Below, piece by piece: positions 21,610 through 31,709 of a DNA stretch of 64,000 nucleotides. How positions within the stretch are numbered: the first letter of the stretch is position 1; each line of letters opens with the position of its first letter. The stretch is from Macrostomum lignano (lineage: Eukaryota). The stretch lies in the NCBI GenBank assembly GCA_002269645.1, contig NIVC01001389.1, positions 124,001-188,000 on the forward strand. The letters run 5' to 3'. The notes under the pieces are model-generated. The model worked only from the letters and a program-made list of their open reading frames with translations. It did no database searches and was not told where the DNA came from. The position numbers and the translations under genes are program-made.

Positions 21610-21722
21610 CCGGTTTAAATAGCCGCCAACTGGACCGCAGTTTGTTATAATGGAACACGTCTATTCTGATTGGCTGAGCCGTTTTGTTAAAATGAGCGCC
21701 GGATTTTCTGATTGGCTAAGCT
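21610..21722 (-). promoter_or_regulatory. Candidate Pol II promoter: two CCAAT boxes followed by TATTTAAA
   Basis: Plus strand shows TTCTGATTGGCT twice (about 21664 and 21707) and TTTAAATA at about 21613. No downstream ORF identified. Confidence 0.35.
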
Positions 21723-22907
21723 TGTTGCTACCCAGAATCACGTGACCGGGAGATCCTATCAGTTCCCACAGGGTCGTAAAAAGATGACAGGTGCGGCCAT
21801 AAATCACTCAAAATCGCAACAAAATGATTTCTGACTTTTCGCGTAGGATTAACAGAAATTAATGAAAAAATATACATTAGAAAGCTCTTATTAAATAGAA
21901 AGTGAAGATAATGAAGAGAAATCGCTAATCGCTAATCCCAAAGTACTTTTAGGGGTAAAACGCATAGCTGTCAAAGCTGTCACACGCTTGAGTGAACACG
22001 AACAATAGGCTCTGACCTCATAAATCTTGATGGCCTGTCAAAATGATGAGAAAGAAGCTACCGCCTGCATCCTCTCAGACCATCTGGCGCCCGCCTCAAC
22101 ACTGAGTGAGGCGCAGGTGGCTGTCAGACCAGCTTCGAAAGCGATGATTTATGACCCAAAAAGCTGCGCCTATGTTATTATGACTACTAGTATGACCAGA
22201 CATTATATCTAGTATAAATTTTATGAAAATTCGCAGAAAAAGAATAAAAATGCCCTTAGCCTGCTGTCAGTAGGCAAGTAAGTTTAGAGCCCATGTGCTA
22301 GCGCGGGATTTGGGAAAAAGTGCGTCCTCATCAGATGCCTAAAGTTAGGCGAAACATGTCGTTCTAATGAAAATGCTCGAAATCTCCTTTCTTTTACTTC
22401 TCATTATCAAGCGTGCTGTTCTACTTTATACTTCCATGACAAACGCGAAATCAAAGACTTTCAAATAATTCAACACCAGATGCTAGCAGATTAAAGTTTC
22501 TTTTGTTCAACTTAGCATACAGCTGGCGCCTTATAGTCGTACATGTAGCTATTTGCATTTGAGCTGTTCTACTTCTAGTTGGTGTAGGCAAATGTTCTGT
22601 AATTATTTTCATGTGCTACACGTGTATAATGGGGTTCAACTCAAAATATGAGCGCATGCAGCTTGAGGTTCTGTACGTGTTGCTCGAGTTTTATGTGTGT
22701 AGCTTGATCGGTACTGTGGAATTCCAAGGTCCTGTAACTTGAGGTTCTGTACGTGCACATGTGAACTGAGGTACGGATATGGAATATTAAGGAATAGTTG
22801 AATCCATCAAAAATATCCATAATTTAGATAAAAAATCAAGCAGATTTTGCAGTTGGCAGATGTGCAATTACATTTTCCACATCAAATGAAGAAATACATG
22901 CTGTCTG

Positions 22908-24050
22908 ATGCGTCCTGCTCAAGACACAACAGACTTTTTGCTTATCAGTGTTGCAGCAACTCTGCGAGGATCGGGTCCAACTGTTGCTTCCAATCTCGCT
23001 CGAGCAGCCAGATCCAATGCTTCTAACGAGCTCAGGATTAGCTTCAGCTTCTTAGAGAAGCACGTCTTACAGAGACAGAGTCAGCTGTTTATCCAGCTCA
23101 AGTTGGTCATCAAAAAGATACTACCCAAGAAGCTGAGCACATTCGTGATGAAGATTTATCTCGCCAAGGCAATTGTTCAGTATGCTGCAGCGCCACATTA
23201 GGAAGCTGAGCAGCATCTGGGCGCTAGAGCCGTTGGTTGCAGTTCTAAAGGAATCTTGTAGCGCCCTTCATTGATCGATCGATCGAACATTCTAGAAATC
23301 ACAAATTCAAATGTCGCGATATTTCAATAAACTTCTCTTCACTTCAATAAAATTCTAATTTCAAGCATTTATTAATGAATACTGATTGGTTTATTATATT
23401 AATAAACAGCATAGTCAATATAGCATTAAATTTTTCCATAATTTACTTGCACTTTAAATTTGTTATACTGTAAGAAATATTTCTAAAACTTTCCGGAAAA
23501 CCAAAATCATGTCTGTACTCGTATAAATATACGGCAGGCGATCGAAAAACGGATCACTCTTTCCCATTTTCTTACTTCTTCCCGAATATGCCAATAAAAC
23601 CAAAAGAACCATCGCATTTGCTCTGCATTTTCCTCAAAACTCTACAACTCTCGACCTGCTGCACAGCTTCCTAGGCGACAGTTCCGCCCACAGTTTGTCT
23701 GCAAGCCGCACTTCTTCCTGCCTGGCGCTCCGCTGTTTCTCAAGAACGCTGGCACCGGAGCGGAGCCGGGGATGACAAAGCAACGGCTACGCAGAGAGAC
23801 ACTCGCAAGGACCACTAGGAACACTTCGTTAATTACAGTCTAGTAGAGTGTACGAGCGTACTTGGCAACCGTAGCACGGAGGCCGAGTACAAGCAGCTAC
23901 TAGTAAACAGAGCGGGGTGCAGTTGTGTCTCCATGTCATGACTTTGCTCCAGCTGGAAAGGAGAGATGAAGCAAAACAGCTGCTCGAGGCTCAAAGCCGA
24001 TTCCCGATAAAATACAAAGTACACGTGATGTTTTTCTTTTAAACAAAGGA
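22908..24050 (+). pseudogene. Degraded Mab-21 / cGAS-like receptor (cGLR) C-lobe fragment
   Basis: ELRISFSFLEKHVL...LFIQLKLVIKKILPKKLSTFVMK matches the Mab-21 WRLSFSxxE...LK...SSYHxK pattern. Downstream LDLLHSFLG and CKPHFFLPGAPLF match the xYFIPxxNLF motif. These lie in different frames with stops; no N-terminal NTase motif was seen. Confidence 0.6.
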
Positions 24051-24849
24051 AACTAGTTTAAGTAGTCCCTGGTTGGACTTTGGATTTTCAGCTTTCGACG
24101 TCCCGAACTTGCTGCTGAAGCGTAAAAAGACAATTCCAATCATCTACGCGAAGCTTCCGCAGCCTGCTGTGGAGCATGAGAGCCGAGCTGCTGGGGAAGC
24201 AACCTCTCAGGAGAGTGAAAACTATTGGCCCACATAACAACAACAACAACAATAATAATAATAATAGATTACACCTGCCACAATGGACAGAGATGCAACC
24301 GACAGCTCAGCCGCACCAATTGTGCAGCGCATCTGAAGGCTGCGTACGCGGCTACCCAGTCCAAGGACTGGGAGGTCGCTTCACACCCTCAATTAACCCA
24401 GCTAATGCAGGAATAACCCCCCCCCCCACCAACAAAACTGACAAAAGAAGATTGCAGACAACTCGGATGTTGATGAGCACTTTGTGCAGTCATCGCACTG
24501 CTACTCACTAATGCAGTTGCTGAGCTGCAAGAAGGCAAAGGAAGAGCTGATGGTCGGAGCTGGCGAGGCAAAGCTGGACCGCGTATCTGCAGAAGTCAAC
24601 TGGATTTGAGGATTTCTCTCGATGCAGCTCTTGATGCTGTGTAGCATTCTGTGAGGCCTGCACTGCTCAGTAGCTCCGACTTTCTGCTTACTATTCAATC
24701 AGTGTTCTCATCCTAATATTTTTCCAGGCGCGATGCCCAGGAACAAGATGACTTGGGTAACCTCACACCCGCAGGCTCACATGAATTTCCAGCGTATGAA
24801 ACGCGCCAAATAAGTGGATCAGACAGAAAAAGTATGGGAGCAAGGATTA

Positions 24850-25112
24850 AACAGAGGGGTTAAACACAGGGATTAAACACAGGGGTTAAACACAGGGGTT
24901 AAACACAGGGGTTAAACACAGGGGTTAAACACAGGGATTAAACACAGGGGTTAAACACAGGGATTAAAAACAGGGGTTAAACACAGGGGTTAAACACAGG
25001 GATTAAACAGAGGGATTAAACACAGGGGTTAAACACAGGGATTAAAAACAGGGGTAAAACACAGGGGTTAAACACAGGGGTAAAACACAGGGGTAAAACA
25101 CAGGGGTTAAAC
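24850..25112. repeat. 13-bp minisatellite (GGGGTTAAACACA), about 20 copies
   Basis: Direct repeats with GGGATTA variants. Confidence 0.92.
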
Positions 25113-25365
25113 AGTCGATAGTTTAAGAGCAACAAACTCGTTAAACAACTCGTGGGCATGCTGACTCAGCTTCTCAGGCTTCAATTTAAAAATAGTTTAT
25201 ACAACACGTAGGACGCAAATGAGAACAACAACTCACAGCTACAATTTTATCAGAAATCTCAGCGTCTTTCTACCAATAGAGGCTTAAGATGTCAGGGAGG
25301 GCTATAGTGATAGTTACTCGTATCAGTTCATTGTTAGACTGCATTGACATTGAAGCGTTTCTGAT

Positions 25366-26319
25366 TCATCTCAATAAGTGGAAGAAGCTGCGGATCTCAG
25401 CCTCGCTCATCGTATCGTTTATGACGGCCACCGCCTGCACCGTGCTGTTCAACACTCGCGAGTCGCCATGTTTAAATCCGAGTCTCAGGCAGGTGCAGCT
25501 GGGAATGCTTGATTCAGAATATGAGGCCGCCACAGTCACCTGCCCTGGCGGCACGAAGCCTCCATTAGAGAAAAATGTTCGGCTCGAGAGAGACGCTGAC
25601 GTCAGGCCGACTTCCACGAACGAGTTCGGGTCAAACGAGTTCGATTCCGGTGCAGTTCTGTAAGAAGAAAAATTCAACGCGACCCTGGAGCCGTACAGGC
25701 CTCTTAAAGTTGGTGTGCCGTCCCAGAAGGCGGCTCCAGTGCTCTTAGTGGTGCAGTCGTAGGTCTCAAGAAATGGTGCTTCCCTGATCTCCCGCTTGAG
25801 CCTGACCAGCCACGTGAGTCCCTGCTGCAGGTTCGCGAACTCCACGTTCTCCAGCCACATCTTGGACGACACTCCGTCGAGCTTGGCTCCCTCGCTGCTC
25901 CACTCCACATTCTCCGACATCCACTGCTGCGTCTGGCCGCACACCAAGTTGCTCCTGCTGGCGTCCGCATCGTCGCTCATCACCCAGGCGGCCATCAGCT
26001 TCGAGCCCACACCCAGCATGAGCTTCCTGCTCAAGGTGAGGAACTTGGCGGCTCTGGCATTGGCGAATGCGGCACAGCGGCGGGGCTGCGAGCTCTCTGC
26101 AGCAGCGAGTCCATCGATGAGGTGGCACACTGCGGTGTACTGGAAGAGCGAGCACTGGCGAGTGTCCGAGTCGAACTGGGCCACCTGCAGACCGCTTGAG
26201 CCAGCCTCGTAAAGGCACTCGATGATGCCTCTCGGATTCTGAGTCGCCCCCACTGCCAGATTCTCAGCCAGGCACTGCCGTAACTCAATTTTATTCCAGC
26301 TGCCGGAGCACTGCTCAAT
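25366..26319 (-). CDS. Terminal exon (317 aa) of an uncharacterised, probably extracellular protein with an N-terminal PAN/apple-like Cys pattern
   Basis: Acceptor TTGGGTTCAG|ATT at 26319 is in frame with ORF 25366-26253 and has coding-like composition. CLAEN...ECLYEA...AQFDSDTRQCSL resembles a PAN module (inference). First exon not identified. Confidence 0.6.
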   Translation of the reverse strand: MEQCSGSWNKIELRQCLAENLAVGATQNPRGIIECLYEAGSSGLQVAQFDSDTRQCSLFQYTAVCHLIDGLAAAESSQPRRCAAFANARAAKFLTLSRKLMLGVGSKLMAAWVMSDDADASRSNLVCGQTQQWMSENVEWSSEGAKLDGVSSKMWLENVEFANLQQGLTWLVRLKREIREAPFLETYDCTTKSTGAAFWDGTPTLRGLYGSRVALNFSSYRTAPESNSFDPNSFVEVGLTSASLSSRTFFSNGGFVPPGQVTVAASYSESSIPSCTCLRLGFKHGDSRVLNSTVQAVAVINDTMSEAEIRSFFHLLR

Positions 26320-27050
26320 CTGAACCCAACAGACAAGAGCAAGCAGAGAGAGTTCTGAAATGTCGCAACGGGTTTGATTTTATTTTTATTTTGCTTTGAA
26401 TTGGCTTTGTCTTTTCAGCTCTATAAATCTTCGGTGGGTAACAAATGGAGCCGCTGATGTTGCTGAAACTGTATTGACAGCAGATGGCCTACTTCATGCA
26501 CTTAGATCACAGTTACTGATTTGTACATAGAATATGCACATCCATATCCATATCCACATCCATATGGCTGTCACTCACATTCACCAGGCAGATTGGCTCA
26601 CTCATGAGTCTCACTCAACCAGCAAAGTCTGAACAGATGAAACTTACTTAACAGTTTGCTGAGCATCCCGAGCTGGTGAACAAAGTCTTGAATCCTGCAC
26701 GATCCGGTGAGTTGCCTGAGTCAGCGCAGTTTCAGTGAGAAATTCGCATGTCTTTTATAGACCTGCAGGCAAATGCTGACTGACAGCTGTTATCCGGACT
26801 GTCAGCCCCAATTCACTGGCACAAGATGCTACTCACAAGTGCTTGAAGACTTGCAATTTCACGTGAATTTTCGTATCGTCAGGCTGACACAAAAAACACT
26901 CCAGCTGGAGTGACGGCTTGTCGATGGCTTCTCTAAACAGGCAGCTTCTCTCGGACCTGCTGCTGCAGGAGTCAGTTACGGCTCCCTGCAGCAGCGAGTC
27001 CATCGATAAGGTGGCACTCTGAAGCTGCTCTGCAGTCCTGAGCACCATCT

Positions 27051-27394
27051 CAACAGCTCAGCTGAGACCGGCTCAAACTGACAGGAAGCACCGCTTTTCA
27101 ACAGCTCAGCTGAGACCGGCTCAAACTGACAGGAAGCACCGCTTTTCAACAGCTCAGCTGAGACCGGCTCAAACTGACAGGAAGCACCGCTTTTCAACAG
27201 CTCAGCTGAGACCGGCTCAAACTGACAGGAAGCACCGCTTTTCAACAGCTCAGCTGAGACCGGCTCAAACTGACAGGAAGCACCGCTTTTCAACAGCTCA
27301 GCTGAGACCGGCTCGAACTGACAGGAAGCACCGCTTTTCAACAGCTCAGCTGAGACCGGCTCAAACTGACAGGAAGCACCGCTTTTCAACAGCT
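27051..27394. repeat. 48-bp minisatellite, about 7 near-identical copies
   Basis: Unit CAACAGCTCAGCTGAGACCGGCTCAAACTGACAGGAAGCACCGCTTTT. Confidence 0.95.
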
Positions 27395-27539
27395 TTATGC
27401 TTATTTACTTTTATCATATAGTATTTTTGGTTGCGATGCACAGGTCTCGCCAGGCATCGCTAAAGCAAAAGCAGCAGATCTATCAAATACAAAAGGAAGA
27501 AGAACTACCAAAAGACCAGAGCAAAACGATAACACAACA

Positions 27540-29230
27540 GTGGCGTCGCAATCATTCCAAGGATGCCAAGGACACGCAACCACCGAAGTCGCCGGCTACT
27601 GGAGGAGTCAGTGGCAGCAAACTTGTGCTAGAAAAGTGGCCTTGAACCGCAACGATAAAAGGGCTGATGCAAGCAATGGAGCTGCCAGACCAATCGGCAG
27701 GACTGCAACGAGCATGGCTGACATCGAGAAACTGGAGAATGAAAAAGACTTTCAACGCTGGTTTGTTCGATTTGCTGTTGTCGTGCGCTTCTACAGGTGG
27801 TCGGGCGACGAGAAAGCGGAAGTACTGCTGATGAGACTGAGACTGTCTCCGACACTGCTCGATACTCTGGCAGACCAAATGGCGCCGAGTCTGACGAGCG
27901 CCAAGACGTTTGATGCATTGGCGGAAGCCCTGGAAGAGATTCTGCTACCAATGAGCTGCGTTCTGGCAGAGAGCTTCGATTTTCGGTGCGGATTCGGTGC
28001 GGATTTTCGCTTAACGACTGCGTAAGCCTTAAACTAATCAACAGAAATGAACGACTAAGGGACCAGTACACTTGCGGCTGTAACGAAAAGAACTTCCTAG
28101 CTTAAACTGTTGGTAATGAGCAGCACAGATCGAGCGATGTTCTCGTTGTGGGGGTCGCCAGCACGATAAGACAGTTTGCACTGAAAATGTAAAGAGCTGC
28201 AGAAAGTGTGAAAAGTCGAACATCTGCAAGATGTGCTTCATGCCGCTTTTGCTTTTCCGTGATGTCGAGCAAGCAATGGTCTGCTCGTGGAAAGCCGAAG
28301 CTGCAGAGAACTAATCCGGCTACACGGATGGAAACAGATTCAAGATGATGGGTGGACTCAAGACAACTGTAGTTTGGCAAGGGCAAGTTTTTCAACCACA
28401 TTTCAAGTGGCTCAGTCCAATCACCATTTTGCGCTACTTGGCAGAGACGTCGTAAACGTCAACATCAAAAGCGTGACCATCGGACACTCGGCAGATGTGT
28501 GTAAAACAAGCGACTTCACAGCTTTTGAAGGGTGCCCAATAGAAGTACGTCAAGGCTCGCCCAGCACCATTCGCTTTGAAAGATAAGCTAAAAAAGAAAT
28601 TTACGACCTGCTGGAAGAAGGCACAGTAGAGTCAGTCAGCTTCTCCGAGTTGGCATCACCAATCGTGTTAGTGCAAAAGCCGAACGACGCGATTCGCCTG
28701 TGTGGACTACAAACAGACTGTCAATCCCGAATTGAAAAATGATAGCTACCCGTCGCCAACACCAGAGGAGGCGTTTTCCGCTGTGGCCGGTTGCAGGTTT
28801 TGCTCCATTCTGGACCTTTACAACCAAGTCGAGCTTCGAACTTTAAGAGAGACGGAGAACCCTGAGCGGTTGGCTAGACATAATTCAAAGGTCAATGAGG
28901 ACAAGTTCCAGATCATGAAGAGCAGGGTGGGCTGCATCCTAGACTCAGGAACCATAAACGACCCGACAGTGAGTAAGTTCGAGCGCTACGCAACATGACA
29001 GCCCGAGAACATTGTCCGAATTGGAATCACTGATTGGTTTGATCAACTTTAGTGGAAGATTCATCCGGAATCTGGCTGACATGATTGAGCCTCTGACGTG
29101 TCTTAAGCCAAAGGACGTGGAGTTTGTCTGGTCAGATGAACAGGAACTTAAGACTCGCACTCTCTTCCGAGGCAGTTCTGGCGTCTTATGATCCTAAGAA
29201 ACCCGTATGGAGCTTGAGTGTGATGCATCG
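27540..29230 (+). mobile_element. Decayed Ty3/Gypsy retrotransposon fragment (gag, protease end, RT, RNase H start)
   Basis: gag-like MADIEKL...FQRWFVRF...LAESFDFR; LLGRD; RT motifs ASPIVLVQKPNDAIRLC/VDYKQTVNPELKNDSYPSP...ILDL; LECDAS. Many stops and frameshifts; the YxDD region is missing; no LTRs seen. Confidence 0.85.
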
Positions 29231-29294
29231 CAACCGAAAATACTCTATGGTATAATGAGCATAGATAAAATTCTGCTTGGGTTTAATGATCTTC

Positions 29295-30790
29295 AGCAGA
29301 TGTCAATCAGATCTTGTCAGATTCCAATCAGATCTTGTCAGATTCTAATCAGATCTTGTCAGATTCTAATCAGATCTTGTCAGATTCCAATCAGATCTTG
29401 TCAGATTCTAATCAGATCTTGTCAGATTCTAATCAGATCTTGTCAGATTCTAATCAGATCTTGTCAGATTCTAATCAGATCTTGTCAGATTCTAATCAGA
29501 TCTTGTCAGATTCTAATCAGATCTTGTCAGATTCTAATCAGATCTTGTCAGCTTCCAATCAGATCTTGTCAGCTTCCAATCAGATCTTGTCAGATTCTAA
29601 TCAGATCTTGTCAGATTCTAATCAGATCTTGTCAGATTCTAATCAGATCTTGTCAGCTTCCACGCAGATTCCAATCAGATCTTGTCAGATTCCAATCAGA
29701 TCCTGTCAGATTCCAATCAGATCTTGTCAGCTTCCAATCAGATTACAATCAGATCTTGTCAGATTCTAATCAGATCCTGTCAGATTCCAATCAGATCCTG
29801 TCAGATTCCAATCAGATCTTGTCAGCTTCCAATCAGATTACAATCAGATCTTGTCAGATTCTAATCAGATCTTGTCAGATTCCAATCAGATCCTGTCAGA
29901 TTCCAATCAGATCTTGTCAGCTTCCAATCAGATTACAATCAGATCTTGTCAGCTTCCAATCAGATTACAATCAGATCTTGTCAGATTCTAATCAGATCTT
30001 GTCAGATTCTAATCAGATCTTGTCAGCTTCCACGCAGATTCCAATCAGATCTTGTCAGATTCCAATCAGATCCTGTCAGATTCCAATCAGATCTTGTCAG
30101 CTTCCAATCAGATTACAATCAGATCTTGTCAGATTCTAATCAGATCCTGTCAGATTCCAATCAGATCCTGTCAGATTCCAATCAGATCTTGTCAGCTTCC
30201 AATCAGATTACAATCAGATCTTGTCAGATTCTAATCAGATTACAATCAGATCTTGTCAGATTCTAATCAGATCTTGTCAGATTCTAATCAGATCTTGTCA
30301 GCTTCCACGCAGATTCCAATCAGATCTTGTCAGATTCCAATCAGATCCTGTCAGATTCCAATCAGATCTTGTCAGCTTCCAATCAGATTACAATCAGATC
30401 TTGTCAGATTCTAATCAGATCCTGTCATATTCCAATCAGATCCTGTCAGATTCCAATCAGATCTTGTCAGCTTCCAATCAGATTACAATCAGATCTTGTC
30501 AGATTCTAATCAGATCTTGTCAGATTCCAATCAGATCCTGTCAGATTCCAATCAGATCTTGTCAGCTTCCAATCAGATTACAATCAGATCTTGTCAGCTT
30601 CCAATCAGATTACAATCAGATCTTGTCAGATTCTAATCAGATCTTGTCAGATTCTAATCAGATCTTGTCAGCTTCCAATCAGATTCCAATCAGATCTTGT
30701 TAGATTCCAATCAGATCTTGTCAGATTCCAATCAGATCTTGTCAGATTCCAATCAGATCTTATCAGATTCCAATCAGATCTTGTCAGATA
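29295..30790. repeat. 21-bp minisatellite (CAGATTCTAAT-CAGATCTTGT) built from 11+10-bp subunits
   Basis: Tandem repeats with variant subunits (CAGCTTCCAAT, CAGATTACAAT). Confidence 0.95.
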
Positions 30791-31709
30791 CCAAGCAGAT
30801 CCACATCAGTTCGGCCAGTCGCCGCGAGTCGCATCGGCGCCATCAACGGGCAGCTTGTTGGCGCGGAACTTGGCCTGAGTGTTGGCTGGAGTAGCACAGT
30901 TTGCAGGACATGACGCTGATGGACATGCGGCAATCGTAGCAGATGACGCGGTCCCGGGAGCAGGGCAGGCGGTACCAAGCGTGCCGGTTTGGGTTTGCCA
31001 GTATGGGTTTATGCAACTCTGCCGCACTTGCACTGCGGAGATACTCGGTAATGTAAAAGAATAGGAGGGCGTAAAAAGGGCCAGCGGAGATGGCCAATGG
31101 AAGGCCTGGGGTAGGTGTGCTTGGCTGGCTGGCGGGTGGTGAAACGCTTACGCAACTCAGCGTTTGTTTGGCGGAGACTGCAGTTGTTTCAATGCACTCC
31201 CCAAGCAACAGGTACGCGCGTAAGCTACGCGCGTTTTACGCGCATTTTTTGGTACGATCTCCGCCGCGGCAATTCAACTAGTTTGTCTTCCGTGAACTCA
31301 AGGGTCTGGCGAGTTTAGAGTTCTCATTTCTGGTTAAGATATCGGCTAAATCGGACATTGTCTTAAACTTAGCTGCATGATGCTTCAACTGATCGAAAAC
31401 TATGCTAATAACCTGAGATTGAAATAAGCAGGATTTTTTAATTTTCAGCTTTCATTGGAAACTCCAAATAGAAAAATTTTAATTTGCTCTCTAAGTAGGG
31501 TTGGGCTTGTCCTAAAAAATAGGTGTCATGAAAATGAAGCAAATCAGTTTATTTGGCTTACGCTGAATATTTCGCTTTCTGTAAAATATTGTACAGGCGC
31601 TTTTAGGGAGGGTTGACACTCTTCGTATATTTTACCGAATATTTAAACAAAACGCTCGTTCGCGCCCACGAGATGCTGTTCAGTCGATTAATAAAAACTT
31701 CTAAGCCTG

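Noticed and set aside
20341-21790. Possible solo LTR (TGTGA start; TCACA or TGACA ends)
   Set aside because: No matching TSD for any end combination, and no partner LTR.
24850-25112. Interstitial telomere
   Set aside because: The unit is a 13-mer (GGGGTTAAACACA), not tandem TTAGGG.
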